Of a stretch of 64,000 nt of DNA, positions 32,321 to 46,019 are shown piece by piece. The stretch lies in NCBI RefSeq assembly GCF_009914755.1, contig NC_060934.1. One strand, written 5' to 3'. Every line of letters begins with the position of its first letter. Positions within the stretch are counted from its first letter, which is position 1. The translations under genes and the position numbers were made by a program. Origin of the DNA: the human T2T-CHM13v2.0 reference genome, Homo sapiens. The notes under the pieces were generated by a model. The model was not told the DNA's origin. It ran no database searches and saw only the letters and a program-made list of their open reading frames with translations.

Positions 32321-34364
32321 ATTCTTTTACTTTTAAAAGGATAGCAAGAATTAGAGAAAATATGGAGTTAACAGCATTTCATCCAAAAGCTGAAATCTTT
32401 GTGGGCAAAGGGCAAATCAATTTCACACAGGCACTTGCACGCAGACAACATATGAATCTCTCAGGTTACAGATGGCAATGGGTAAGTGCATGTCTTCGAA
32501 GACAGGAGTTGAATCTTGAGAATGGGGTCTTCTAAGTTGCAGCTCAAATACAGATGGTCCCCAAATTATAATTTTTTTCAACTTTACAATGGGTTTATAA
32601 GCAGCTGTACATATCTGAGCCTTGCAACTGTCTGTTCCATTTTCCTGAGAGAAGAAAATAACTTGGACTTCATCAAGTAAATAGAAACCTATTCTTACCT
32701 TATCAACATCACAAAGGGGAGTTGCCACCTAGTTAGTTGTTTTTCTTCTTCCTCATTTTCCCCTCTCTTTTTTTAAAAATAATTTCTTACTTTTTATTTG
32801 CTTAGTTTGTTTTTCTTTATTAATTCTAAAAAAAAAGCGGGTGGGGGGGATACAAGTGCAGAACGTGCAGGTTTGTTACATAGGTATACATTTGCCATAG
32901 TGGTTTGCTGCACCTATTGACTTGTCCTCTAAGTTCCCTCCCCTCACCCCCCACACCCTAATAGACCCTGGTGTGTGTCATTCCCCTCTCTGTGTCCATG
33001 TGTTCTCAATGTTCAACTCCCACTTATGAGTGAGAACATGCGGTGTTTGGTTTTCTGTTCCTGCGTTAGTTTGGCTTCCAGCTTCATCCATGTCCCTGCA
33101 AAGGACATAATCTCATTCCTTTTTATGGCTGCACAGTATACCATGGTGTATATGTACAATATTTTCTTTATCCAATCTATCATTTTCTTTATCCAGTCAA
33201 TCAAATGGGCATTTGGGTTGGTTCTATGTCTTTGCTATTGTGAATAGTGCTGCAGTAAACATACGTGTGCCTGTATCTTTAGAATAGAATTATTTATATT
33301 CCTTTGAGTATATACCCAGAAATGGGATTGCTGGGTCAAATGGTATTTCTGGTTCTAGATCCTTGAGGAATCACCATACTGTCTTCCACAATGGTTGAAC
33401 TAATTTATGTTTCCACCAACAGTGTAAAAGCGTCCCTATTTCTCCACAGCCTCACCAGCATCTATTGTTTCTTGACTGTTTAATAATTGCCATTCTGACT
33501 GGCATGAGATGGTAGCTCATTGCGGTTTTGATTTGCATTTCTCTGATGATCAGTGATGTTGAGCTTTTTTTCATGTTTGTTGGTCGCATAAACGTCTTCT
33601 TTTGAGAAGCGTTTGTCTGTTCATATCCTTTGCCCACTTTTTGATGGGGTTGTTTGTTTTTTCTTTTAAATTTGTTTAAGTTCATTGTAAATTCTGTATA
33701 TTAGACCTTCATCAGATGGGTAGATTGCAAAAATTTTCTCCCATTCTGTAGGTTGCCTGTTCACTCTGATGATAGTTTATTTTGCTGTGCAGAAGCTCGT
33801 TAGTTTATTTAGATCCCATTTGTCTATTTTTGCTTTCATTGCAATTGCTTTTGACGTTTTTGTCAAGAAGTATTTGCCCATGCCTATGTCCTGAATGGTA
33901 TTGCCTAGGCTTTCATCTAGGATTTTTATGGTTTCGAGTTTTACATTTAAGTCTTTAATCCATATTGAGATAATTTTTGTATAAGGTGTAAGGAAATGGT
34001 CCAATTTCAGTTTTCTGCAAATGGCTAGCCGGCACTATTTACTGATTAGGAGATCCATTCCCCATTGCTTGTTTTGTCAAGTTTGTCAAAGATCAGATGG
34101 TTGTAGGTGTGTGGTGTTATTTCTGAGGTCTCTCTTGTGCTTCATGGGTCTATATGTTTGTTTAGGTACCAGTACCATGCTGTTTTGATTACTGTAGAAA
34201 TCAGTAGCATGATACCTCCAGCTTTGTTCTTTTTGCTTAGGATGGTCTTGGCTATTTGGGGTCTTCTTTGATTCCATATGAAATTTAAAATATTTTTTTC
34301 TAATTCTGTGAAGAATATCAATGGTAGTTTGATGGGCATAGCATTGAATCTATAAATTACTTTG

Positions 34365-35930
34365 CCCAAAAGCTACCATTGACTTTCTTCACAGAATTGG
34401 AAAAAAATGCTTAAACTTCATATGCAACCAAAAAAGAGACCACACAGCCAAGACAATCCTGGGCAAGAACAACAAAGCTGGAGACATCACACTACCTGAA
34501 TTCAAACTTTACTACAAGCCTACAGTAACCAAAACAGCATGGTACTGGTACCAAAACAGATATATAGACCAATGGAACAGAATGGAGGCCTCAGAAATAA
34601 CACCACACACCTACTACCATCTGATGTTTGACAAACCTGACACACAAGCAATGGGGAAAAGATTCCCTATTTAGTAAATGGTGTTGGGAAAACTGGCTAG
34701 CCATATACAGAACACTGAAACTGGATCCCTTCTTTACACCTTATACAAAAATCAACTCAAGATGGATCAAAGACTTAAACGTAAGACCGAGGACCATAAA
34801 AATCCTAGAAGAAAACCTGGGCAATACCATTCAGGACATAGGCATGGGCAAAGACTTCATGACTAAAATACCAAAAGCAATGGCAACAAAAGCCAAAATT
34901 GACAATTGGGATCTAATTAAACTTAAGAGCTTCTACACCGCAAAAGAAACTATCATCAGAGTGAACAGGTAACCTACAGAATGGGAGAAAATTTTGCAAT
35001 CTATCCATCTGACAAAGGACTAATATCCAGAATCTACAAAGAACTTTAAACAAATTTACAAGAAAAAAACAAACAACCACATCAAAAAATGGGCAAAGGA
35101 TATGAACAGACATTTCTCAAAAGAAGACACTTATGCAGCCAATGGACATATGAAAAAATGCTCGTCATCCTGGTCATTAGAGAAATGCATATCAAAACCA
35201 CAATGAGATACCATCTCACGCCAGTTAGAATGGCGATCATTAACAAGTCAGGAAACAACAGATGCTGGAGAGGTTTTGGAAAAGTAGGAATTCTTTTACA
35301 CTGTGGTTGGGAGTGTAAATTTGTTCAACCATTGTGGAAGACAGTGTGGTGATTCTTCAAGGATCTAGAACTAGAAATACCATTTGACCCAGCAATCCCA
35401 TTACTGGGTATGTACCCAAAGGATTATAAATCATTCTGCAATAAAGAGACATGCACACATATGTTTATTGCAGCACTATTCACAATAGCAAAGACTTGAA
35501 ACCAACCCAAATGTCCATCAATGATAGACTGGATAAAGAAAATGTGGCACATACACACCACGGAATACTATGCAGCTATAAAAAAGGATGAGTTCATGTC
35601 CTTTGCAGGGACATGGATGAAGCTGGAATCCATCATTCTCAGCAAACTATCACAAGATCAGAAAATAAAACACCACATGTTCTCACTCATAAGTGGGAGT
35701 TGAACAATGAGAACACCTGGACTCAAGGAGGGGAACATCACACACTGGGGCCTGCGGGGGATGAGGGGGCTAGGGGAGGAATAACATTAGGAGAAATACC
35801 TCATGTAGGTGACTGGTTGATGGGTGCATCAAACCACCATGGCATGTGTATACCTATGTAACAAAACTGCATGTTCTGCACATGTAACCCAGAACTTAAA
35901 GTATAATAAAATAAATAAATAAATAAATAA
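34365..35930 (+). mobile_element. 5'-truncated L1PA (approx. L1PA8) nested antisense in the host L1
   Basis: TSD ataaattactttg at 34352-34364 and 35931-35943. (TAAA)n tail. Its 3'UTR differs from the host's. Confidence 0.92.
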
Positions 35931-38900
35931 ATAAATTACTTTGGGCAGTATGGCTATTTTCACTACATTACTTCTTCCTATCCATGGGCATGAAATGTTC
36001 TTCCATTTGTTTGTTTTCTTTCTTATTTCCTTGAGCAGTGGTTTGTAGTTCTCCTTGAAGAGGTCCTTCACGTTCTTTGTTAGCTGTATTCCTAAATATT
36101 TTATTCTCTTTGTAGTGATTGTGAGTAGGAGTTCTTTTGTGATTTGGCTCTCTGCTTTCCTATTGTTGGTATAAAGGAATGCTTGTGATTTTTGCACATT
36201 AATTTTGTATCCTGAGACTTTGCTGAAGTTGCTTATCAGTTCAAGAAGTTTTTGGGCTGCGATGGTGGAGTTTTCTAAATATAACATCATGTTGTCTGCA
36301 AATAGAGGCAACTTGACTTCCTCTCTTCCTATTTGAATACCCCTTATTTCTTTCTCTTGCCTGATGGCCCTGGCCAGAACTTGTAATACTAGGTTGAATA
36401 GAAATGGTGAGAGAGGGCATCCTTGTCTTGTGCCGGTTTTCAAAGGAAATGCATCCAGCTTTTGCTCATTCAATATGATATTGGCTGGGGGCTTGTCATA
36501 AACAGTTTTTATTACTTTGAGATGTGTTCCATCAATACCTAGTTTACTGGGAGTTTTTAACATGAAGGGGTGTTGAATTTTATCAAAGGCCTTTTCTGCA
36601 TCTATTGAGATAATCATATGGTTTTTGTCTTTGGTTCTTTTTATGTGATGGATTACATTTATTGACTTGTGTATGTTGAACCAGCCTTGCATCCCAGGGA
36701 TGAAGCTGATTTGATTGTGATGGATAAGATTTTTGATGTGCTGCTGGATTCGGTTTGCCAGTATTTTATCGAGGACTTTTTTGCATCGATGTTCTCCAGG
36801 GATATTGGCCTGAAGTCTTTTTTTGTGTCTCTCTTCCTGGTTGTGGTATCAGGATAATGCTGGCTTCATACAATGAGTTAGGGAGGAGTCCCTCCTTTTC
36901 AATTGTCTGGAATAGTTTCAGGAGGAATGGTACCAGCTCCTGTTTATATTTTTGGTAGAATTCAGCTGTGAGCCCATCTGGTCCTGGGCTTTTTTTGGTT
37001 GCTAGGCTATTAATTACTGCCTCAATTTCAGAGTTTGTTATTGGTCAATTCAGGGATTCAACTTCTTCCTGGTTTAGTCTTGGTAAGGTGTATGCATCCA
37101 GGAATTTATCCATTTCTTCTAGATTTTCTGGTTTATTTACATAGAGGTGTTTATAGTATTCTCTGATGATAGTTTTTATTTCTGTGGGGTCAATGGTGAT
37201 ATCCCCTTTATCATTTTTATTATGTCTATTTGATTCTTCTCTCTCTTCTTCAACTATCTGTTAATTTTTTCAAAAAACAACTCCTGGATTTGTTGATTTT
37301 TTAAAAGAGTTTGTCATATCTCTATCTCCACTTCTCTGATCTTAATTATTTCTTGTCTTCTGCTAGCTTTTGGATTAGTTTGCTCTTACCTCTCTAGTTC
37401 TTTTAATTGTGATGTTAGAGTGTTGATTTGAGATCTTTCCAGCTTTCTGATGTGGGCATTTAGTGTTATAAATTTCCCTCTTAACACTGCTTTAGCTGTG
37501 TCCCAGAGATTCTGGTACATTGTCTCTTTGTTCTCACTGGTTTCAAAGAACTTCTTGATTTCTGCCTTAATTTCATTATTTACCCAGGAGTCATTAATGA
37601 ACAGGTTGTTTGATTTCCATGAAATTGTGTGGTTTTGAGTGGGTTTCTTAATCCTGAGTTCTACTTTGATTGCACTGTGGTCTGAGAGACTGTTATGGTT
37701 TCAGTTCTTTTGCATTTGCTGAGGAATGTTTTACTTTCAATTATTGGTTGATTTTAGAATAAATGCCATGTGGCACTGAGAGGAATGTATATTCTATTGA
37801 TTTACAGTACAGAGTTCTTTAGATTTCTACTAGGTCCACTTGATCCAGAGCTGAGTTCAAGTCCTGAATATCCTTGTCAATTTTCTGTCTCATTGATCTG
37901 TCTAATACTGACAGTGGGGTGTTAAAGTCTCCCACTATTATTGTGTGGGAGTCTAAGTCTCTCTGTAGGTCTCTAAGAACTTGTTTTATGAATCTGGGTG
38001 CTCCTATATTGGGTGCATATATATTTAGAATAGTTAGCTCTTCCTGTTGACTTGTTCCCTTTACCATTATGTAATGCCATTCTTTGTCTTTTTTGATCAT
38101 TGTTGGTTTAAAGTCTGTTTTTTCAGAGACTAAGATTACAACCCCTGCTTTTTCTTTTCTCTCCATTTGCTTGGTAAATTTTCCTCCATCCCTTTATTTT
38201 GAGCCTATGTGTGTCTTTGCATGTAAGTGGGTCTCCTAAATACAGCACACTGATAGGTCTTGATTTCTTATCCAATTTGCCAGTCTGTGTCTTTTAATTT
38301 AGGCATTGTTTTTACATTTAAGTTTAGTATTATTATGTGTGAATTTGATCCTGTCATCATGATACTATTTGGTTATTTTGCACACCAGGTGATTCAGTTT
38401 CTTCATAGTGTCATTGGTCTTTATATTTTGATGTGTTTTTGCAGTGGCTGGCACCAGTTTTTCCTTTCCATATTTAGTGCTTCTTTTAGGAGCTCTTGCA
38501 GGACAGACCTGGTGGAAAAGAAATCCCTCAGCATTTGCTTGTCTGAAAACGATTTTATTTCTCCTTCTCTTATGAAGCTTAGTTTGGCTGGATATGAAAT
38601 TCTGGGTTGAAAATTATTTTCTTTAAGAATGTTGAATATTGGCCCCCAATCTTTTCTGGCTTCTAGAGTTTCTGTTGAGAGGTCTACTATTTGTCTGATG
38701 GGCTTCCCTTTGTAGGTGACCTGGCCTTTCTCTCTGACTGCCCTTAACAGTTTTCCTTCATTTCAACCTTGGAGAATCTGATGATTATGTGTCTTGGGGT
38801 TGATCTTGTTGTGGAGTATCTTAACGGTGTTCTCTGTATTTCCTGAATTTGCATGTTGGCCTGTCTTAGTAGGTTGGGGAAGTTCTCATGGATAATATCC

Positions 38901-39241
38901 CGAAGTGTGTTTTCCATCTTGTTTCCATTCTCCCCGTCTCCTTCTCATACTCCAATCAATCGTAGGTTCGGTCTTTTCACATAGACCCATATTTCTTGGA
39001 GGTTTTGTTTGTTCCTTTTCATTCTTTTTTCTCTCTTCTTGTCTGCATGTCTTATTTCAGTAAGCTGGTCTTCAAACTCTGATATCCTTTCTTCTGCTTG
39101 GTTGATTCGGCTGTTGATACTTATGTATGCTTCACAAAGGTCTCGTGTTGTGTTTTTCAGCTCCATTAGGTCATTTACGTTCCTCTTTAAACTGGTTATT
39201 CTAGTTTGCAATCCCTTTAACCTTTCGTCAAGGTTCTTTGT

Positions 39242-39553
39242 TTCTTCTTCTTCTTCTTCTTCTTCTTTTTTTTTTTTTTGGTCAGAGTTTTGCTCTTGTT
39301 GCCTAGGTTGGAGTGCAATCTCAGCTCGCTACAACCTCCACCTCACGGGTTCAAGCAATTCTCCTGTTTCAGCTTCCCAAGCAGCTGAGGTTATAGGTGC
39401 ATGCCACCACACCTGGCTAATTTTTGTATTTTCAGTAGAGATGGGGTTTCATCATATTGGTCAGGCTGGTCTCAAACTGCTGACCTCAGGTGATCTGCCT
39501 GCCTCGGCCTCCCACAGTGCTGGGATTACAGACGTGAGCCACTGCACTCAGCC
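39242..39553 (-). mobile_element. AluS within L1 ORF1, (TTC)n tail
   Basis: Reverse Alu dimer. Confidence 0.9.
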
Positions 39554-41029
39554 AGTTCTTAGCTTCTTTGCCTTGGGTTAGAACATGCTCCTTTAGCTCA
39601 CCGTAGTTTTTTATTACCCATCTTCTGAAGCCTACTTCTGTCAATTCGTCCATCTGATCCTCCCCACAGTTCTGCACTCTTGATGGAGAGATGTTGCAAT
39701 CATTTGGAGGAGAAGAGGCACTCTGGCCTTTTGGGTTTTCAGAAATATTTTCGTTGATTCTTTCTTATCTTCATGAGTTTGTCTAGTTTTGATCTTTGAG
39801 GCTGCTTACCCTTGGATGGGGTTTTTGTGGGGGCCTTTGTTGTTGTTATTGTTGATGCCATTGTTGTCACTTTCTGCTTGTTTGTTTTTCTTTCAATAGT
39901 CAGGTCCCTCTTCCGTAGGGCTGTTGAAGTTTGCTGGGGGTTCACTTCAGGCCCTATTCATCTGATTCGCTCCTGTGCCTGGAGATGTCATTCAAGGAGG
40001 CTGGAGAACAGCAAAGATGGGTGTTTGCTCCTTTTTCAGGGACCTCTGACCTTAAGAGGCACCAACCTGATGCCAGTAGGATCGCTCCTGTATAGGGTGT
40101 CTGATAACCCCTGTTGGAGGGTCTCACCCAGTTGGGTGGCACAGGGAGCAGAACCCATTAAATGAAGCATTTTGTCCCTTGGTGGTGATGGTGGTGTGCT
40201 TCACTGGTGGGAAACCCACTCGTCTAGGCTGCCCGGATTCCTCAGAACTACCCGGAGGAGAGGCTAAGTCTGCTGGTCTGCAGAGACTGTGGCCACCCTG
40301 CCGCCTTGGGGCTCAGGCCCAGGGACATCTGAATTCTGTCCCTGAGCCTCTGGCTGGAGTTATTGGAGGTCCTGCAGGGAAGCCCGGCCCACTGAGGAAG
40401 AATGGGTCAGGGGTAGGCCTGAAGAGGCACGCTGGCTGCAGACTGCCACAGCCAGTGTGTTGGGCTGTGGGGACAAGTCTTGGGACCAAGCCGCTCAGCC
40501 TTCCTGGCTCCAGCAGGAGAAAAGAGCAGCCTGGAGCTATAGAAATGAGTGCTGCCCTTCCCCCGCCCAGGGAGCTTAGCGTGTTAGGCAGTTGCAAGTC
40601 CCAGTGCTGGCTGCTGCCCCTCCCCCAAGGGGCTGAAACGGCTTAAGACAGCAGGCAGCCGCAGCCGGTGCTGGTCGCCCCTCCCCCTGGGAGTTCAGTA
40701 GGCTTAAGCAGATTCCAGCTGAGAGGCTATAAGAATCTGCACATTGCGGGGTTGGAACACTAGGCCCCAGTGGCATGGGTTCAAAAGTGGAAACTTCCCA
40801 TCTGTGGGTTGCACAGTTCCATGGAAAAAGCACAGTTTCCCCTGCTGGGTAGTGCGCTCACTCACCACCTCCCTTGGTGGGGGGAGGGGGTTCCCCTTCT
40901 GTGGCTCTCAGGTGGGCGGCACACCACATTGCGTGGGTAACGCCAGACTTCTAGACAATTTTGATGAGAGAACCTGGATACGCTGGTTGCCGGTGAAGGA
41001 CTCACCCGCTTATTATGGTTTTTTTTTTC

Positions 41030-41030
41030 A

Positions 41031-41078
<48 letters not shown>

Positions 41079-41103
41079 GAGATGGAGTTTCGCTCTTGTC
41101 ACT
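41030..41103 (-). mobile_element. Severely 5'-truncated Alu with (TTA)n tail inside the L1 5'UTR
   Basis: (tta)n followed by gagatggagtttcgctcttgtc. Confidence 0.75.
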
Positions 41104-41460
41104 GGACGGGAGCCTCTAAACGCTGCTGCTTCCACTCTGCCATCTTGGCCCCGCCCCTCTCTTCTTCCTGTTAACCTGCATGGAAGGAGGGCAGGCTTTT
41201 CCCCTGCAGTGGCTGCTTGTTCTATATGGAAAAACAAAAGAAAACAAAAACGTCTTTGCTGTACCACCGTCAACCCACTGCCAACACCGTGTTGTGTGTG
41301 CAAATGAAACTGCTTTTCTCAAGTCAATTTGATGAACATCTCGGTTAAAAATAATGGTTCTACTATCCCTTTTCATGGCCAGAGCCTTTGAGGCATCATT
41401 AGGCTGAACAACATGCAAGAACTTATGCAAGCCTGGGCTGTCAGAGTACCAGCAGGGAGC

Positions 41461-41561
41461 TCCTGGTGTAGTTTGAGAGCCAAGTGGTGAGGGTTTGGCA
41501 GCTTGGAGCAAAGCTACCTCTCTTCCGTCTTGAAAACATGGTGAGATGACCAATGGGCCTC
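41461..41561 (-). pseudogene. PHF24-like last coding exon remnant
   Basis: PCFQDGREVALLQAAKPSPLGSQTTPG vs the PHF24 C-terminus [27 protein letters not shown]. Confidence 0.6.
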
Positions 41562-41877
41562 CTGTGTTCAGCTGTTTCTCATGATTTCTGTATGCTTACG
41601 TATTTGGGAGCTGGAATCTCACTCTTCTGCTATTGAAGCCTGATTTGGCAGCTTACTGCTTGGTAGTCTGAGTGCATTCCCTAACTTCCTTGTCTGTTTT
41701 CTCAACATGTAAAACTGGGAAAACACAAGTATCTATCTCATTGTGAAGAGAATTCAAAGGATTTAATGCCTAAAAGTGTTTCTTACAGTTGTGTGTAATT
41801 AGTTTCCTTGAACAGATTCTTATCCTGGAGTCTGGTAACAAAGGTATAAATAACGAAGAACAGAATTCATTCAAAAC

Positions 41878-41955
41878 CGTAACTGAGGCTGCAGGAGGCT
41901 TAGCTCAGAGTTACTCCCTGTTGAAGCACTGTTCATCCTCAGAGGTGGCAAAACC
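41878..41955 (-). pseudogene. PHF24-like Ser-rich exon remnant
   Basis: Acceptor tttctccag|. PLRMNSASTGSNSELSLLQPQ.R vs [27 protein letters not shown]. Ends in phase 2 (CG|gt) on an Arg codon. Confidence 0.55.
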
Positions 41956-41984
41956 CTGGAGAAATTCTTTTCTATTGTTATTTT

Positions 41985-42168
41985 AAATATATTTTTATTT
42001 AATTTTTGTTGGTGCACAGTAGGTGTACATATTTATGGGGTACATGAGACGTATTGATATAGGCATGCAATGTGTAATAATGACATCAAGGAGAATGGGG
42101 TAGCCATTCCCTCAAGCATTTATCCTTTGTGTAATAAACCATCCAATTATGCCCTTTTAGCTATTTTA
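41985..42168 (-). mobile_element. L1MA-type 3' fragment
   Basis: atttatggggtacatgaga..ggcatgcaatgtgtaataat..ccctcaagcatttatcc. Confidence 0.8.
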
Positions 42169-42230
42169 CTGGGAACTTCTTAATCTTCGGGCAAATACCG
42201 AAATTGTTAGCAGAGCCTACAGGTTTCTAC

Positions 42231-42391
42231 ATTGAGAAGAAGCCTTGGAGAACGTGTGCAAGTGTTGCAGAGCCAGGAGATGAGCAGCTCATCACACCCA
42301 ACAGCCCCTACCTGCCCCTGGACGGACTGACTTCCAGGGTCAGGGTACAGCGCTGACCTAGATCTGGCCTGGTTTTGCTTGGTTTGGGGCC
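42231..42391 (-). pseudogene. PHF24-like exon remnant
   Basis: VGAVGCDELLISWLC vs VSEAECRRAQHSWFC (V, C-x5-SW-x-C in register). The AG..GT interval is 161 nt, equal to the 53 codons + 2 nt of the recalled segment. Confidence 0.6.
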
Positions 42392-42950
42392 CTGATTTGT
42401 CATGTCTGACACCTGCTCTCAAAGAAGAGCCTGGCTATGTCATCGCAGCTCCAGGTATGACCCAGGCTGCTCTTAGATCCATTGCTAATGGAAACTTTAT
42501 CCAATGCCTTTCCCCCGGTTCTTGTTTTGGTTCCTTAACTGTAACTCACTGTCCACATCCTAGCTGCTAGACAAGGGTTCTGTTTATCTGGCAAGCTCAG
42601 GATAGTGGGCTCTGTGAGGGGATAGGGCTGGGGTGATCATCTGTGCGCCATGTGCTGGGTGATTTACGTACAACTCGGCTATTTCAACCCTTAGCATTCT
42701 CTGTATAGCATTATCACCAAATTACAGAAAAGAAAACTGAGCTTTACAGTGGGCAAGTAGGTTAGCTAGTGAGGAGCAGGACTGGGGTTCCAGCCTAGAC
42801 CTGGGTAAATCTCAAGCCAGTGCTTGTTCCAGGGCACAGCCTTGCAGCGGCACCGAGAGGAAGATTGGCTAGGAGTCTAGACCTCATCCTGGCTTCCTCT
42901 CCCTCCTTCTCATCATGTTTCCTGTATTCCTTAGAAAGACTGCTCTGTGA

Positions 42951-43240
42951 GGTCGGGTGTGGTGGCTCACACCTGTAATCCCAGCACTTTTGGGAGGCCG
43001 AGGCAGGTGGATCACTTGAGGCCAGGAGTTCAAAACCAGCCTGGCTAACATGGTGAAACCCTGTCTCCACTAAAAATAAAAAATAAGCTGGGCGTGGTGA
43101 CGGGCACCTGTAATCCCTGCTACTCAGGAGGCTGAGGCAGGAGAATCTCTTGAACCTGGGAGGTGGAGGTTACACTGAGCAGAGATCATGCACTGCACTC
43201 CAGCCTGGGCAACAGAGCGAGACTCTGTCTCAAAAAAAAA
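42951..43240 (+). mobile_element. AluS with TSD
   Basis: TSD aaagact(g/a)ctctgtga. Confidence 0.95.
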
Positions 43241-43279
43241 GACTACTCTGTGAAGAGTTAACTATTGTGAAGACCTCAC

Positions 43280-43504
43280 CTTCACTTGACAAGACCTGTG
43301 GTGCTGCTCAGAGGATTTGTTATAGTGCTGGAGGTTGTGGGTGCCCTCTCCTCAGACCTGATGTTGTTAATAGGTACCCGGATTTAAAGCACACAGTGAA
43401 TGGGGTCAGGGCTATGTCTTCATCCTAGCCAGCAATATTACAAAATCTTGTTTTGATGCTCATGCTGGCTCAGAAAACTCCACCCACTTCTCAGTAAACT
43501 CACT
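43280..43504 (-). pseudogene. PHF24-like EF-hand-region exon remnant
   Basis: Acceptor ccctag| and donor AAG|gtgagg. *DEDIALTPFT/ALNP vs EQEEQAARQFAALDP. LQHYNKSSEQHHR vs LSHESLLLLQQLR. Confidence 0.55.
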
Positions 43505-43944
43505 CTAGGGACCTGCTGTCCAATGGTAGTCAATACCATAATCTTTATGGAGAGAAGGTAAATGCAGCCTGGTTGCAGGGCTACTCACCAAGGACTGGGG
43601 AGAGAAGGATGGAGTCCCAAAAGAGGTTTGCCTGCTTCTCTCCCAGACCATGGCCCTAGGGAATCTGTTTCAAAAGTGTAGCTCATGCATTGCGGCCCAG
43701 ATTCCTAACATCTGTCCAGCTGTGTGGTCACCAGGGCCTCCAGCTGCCAGTCAGATGGGAACTTGAAAGGTGACGTGACCTTCAGATAAACAAAGCAAGA
43801 GCTGAGGTAACAGCAAACATCAGGCAAATATTTGCCATAGGAACTGCGTTTGAACTCTCCCCCGTGGTGTAGGTCCAGGTTTGCTAGCACAACCTGACCT
43901 CGGCAACCTTGCCCTCTACTTGTTGTTTTGAGATAATTCATTTT

Positions 43945-44022
43945 AGTGTGTAGGTTTTCCACAGGCTCTGCTTGAGTCAATAAGTGATCTCATGACCCCA
44001 GAGCATTCTATTTGGGGCTCCT
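43945..44022 (-). pseudogene. PHF24-like short exon remnant
   Basis: Acceptor cttcctgtag|. MRSLIDSSRAC vs MYSLTETFQRC. No donor is recognisable. Confidence 0.45.
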
Positions 44023-44324
44023 CTACAGGAAGCCCAACATGGCTCCAGGGCAGGTGGGTAATCTTTTCTTTTCTGGATGGAACACACCTAGATACTTTAG
44101 TTATGGTACTCATGTCTTAGGAAGAGTGTAAAAAACTGAAGAAGTAATTAAGAACATCTTGAACCATAAGGTGGCTCAGATGGAATGAAATGGATGAGTT
44201 TACCTTGAAAGCAACACATCTCTTAGCCCACTACTTCTTGGTTCATGCACTGTTGCTTTTCTATGGCTGATAGAAAGTAATCTTGATTATCAGAAGATGT
44301 GGGTCTATTATTAAGGCTATCATT

Positions 44325-44492
44325 AAGAAGACAGAGGAGGAAGTGGGAAGAAAAGGAAGAAGGATGAAGAGAGAAGGAGATGGAAAACAGGAAGGAGATG
44401 AAGAAGGAGAAGGAGGCATGGGGAGGGGAAAGCAGGGAGAAAGAGGAGGAAGAGAAGAAGAAGGTGGCAGAGAAAAGAAGGAAGAGAAGAGA
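44325..44492. repeat. GA-rich low-complexity tract
   Basis: Visible purine-only stretch. Confidence 0.85.
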
Positions 44493-45713
44493 ACTGATAT
44501 CTACTGAGTGCCCACTGCATGCCAACAATTTTGCATGAATTATCTTATTCAATCATGAAAACAGTCCTTTAATTTAGGCACTAGTAGTTCCCCATTTTTC
44601 AGATGAGAACCTCACTCCTAGAGAGGGTTGATAACTTCTCCCAAGTCACACATCCAGGAGTTACAGGGCTGGAACTGCGCCACTCAGGATGGTGTGACCC
44701 CACAGCTCCACCCCCATCTGTGCTTGCTCTAGAGGCCTGTATCTACACAGAACACCACTGTTGGGGAAGGGGAGGTTTCATTGGCCAGTGGTGATGCATC
44801 AATATTGGACAAATGCCCAGTTATTAACAGAGAGAATACCTTTAACTTCTAGCCTATACTGAAAAAAGGAAGGCTTAGTACCCAGAACTCTCTGCTAATA
44901 AGATTTTTATTCATTCAGAATTTTTTTGAGAAAGTAAACTTCCAGGAGAGTCCATAAGGCCTATGACATTAAATTAAATCTTTTGCACGTTCTGAATTAT
45001 CAGACCCAGACCCAAGGAATGGGAAATTATATTTGGAATCATTTCCCCAAAGCCCCATCAAATAGTGTAGTCATCAGAATAACCTGGGGAGTCTGAATCC
45101 TGAATCGGTGTTCTCGTGGATTCTGGTCCTGGTTCTGGCAGTCACTGGGCAGGCAGCCTTGGAGGGGCCCCTTAAATATTCAGTCCCCTCATCTATATGG
45201 TGGGTGGTTTAGGCTCCTTGTGTCCTGAAAGATAAGATAAGCACATTTCAATACATACTGAAACTGAAGGGATGGTCACAATCACCACCCTTGAGTCTCC
45301 AGCTGGCTTGGGAAGGTGAAGGAAAGAGACAGACAAGGTGCTCCTGGGCCAGTTGAAGGAGGGACCCTCCTGGTGTGGGGATAAGTAAAGGGCAGACGTG
45401 CAGAGTCAATGATGTTTTACCTGGAACCCAAGGAATGGGTGAAAGGTGAACAGAAAGCATTCTAGCCAGAGGGAAAGAGCAGGGGTGAGGCCTGGAGGCA
45501 GGAGAGAAGCTGCCATGTAATTGATCATTGGACAGGGCTTGTTGAGAATTACACCAGGGCCTCAGGCATAAGCCAGGACACTGCCAGGCAAGCCAGGTGA
45601 ATGTCATCCTAAACACAGGCTGCACTAATATTCTTGGTTTTCATCCTCAAAGAGATTAGGGTTACCTGGCAGGCTTCTTTTATTTATTTCTTTTTTCACA
45701 GGTTGTATGTCTT

Positions 45714-46019
45714 TTTTTTTTTTTTTTTTTTTTTTTTTTGAGACGGAGTCTCGCTGTCGCCCAGGCTGGAGTGCAGTGGCGCAATCTCGGCTCACTGCAG
45801 GCTCCGCCCCCTGGGGTTCACGCCATTCTCCTGCCTCAGCCTCCCGAGTAGCTGGGACTACAGGCGCCCGCCACCTCGCCCGGCTAATTTTTTGTATTTT
45901 TAGTAGAGACGGGGTTTCACCGTGTTAGCCAGGATGGTCTCGATCTCCTGACCTCGTGATCCGCCCGCCTCGGCCTCCCAAAGTGCTGGGATTACAGGTG
46001 TGAGCCACCGCGCCCGGCC
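45714..46019 (-). mobile_element. Young AluY (Yk-like variant)
   Basis: CpGs retained, pure poly-T, and perfect TSD ggttgtatgtctt (45701-45713 / 46020-46032). Confidence 0.95.

Larger units (their letters stand above)
32810..41160 (-). mobile_element. Full-length older primate L1PA (approx. L1PA11-13), interrupted by an L1 and Alus
   Basis: 5' start gggcggggccaagatggc at ~41160. ORF1 and ORF2 peptides are in the ORF track. 3'UTR gagggaacttagagga..caataggtgcagc. Confidence 0.9.

Noticed and set aside
32423-32728. 101-aa ORF with a strong-looking acceptor
   Set aside because: It runs through a tiny TA-flanked Tigger-like remnant (~32551-32607) and has no recognisable homology.
43705-43940. 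LANLDLHHGGEF resembling FAALDPEHRGHI
   Set aside because: It would fall in an intron. 43280-43504 has both splice sites and a better match.
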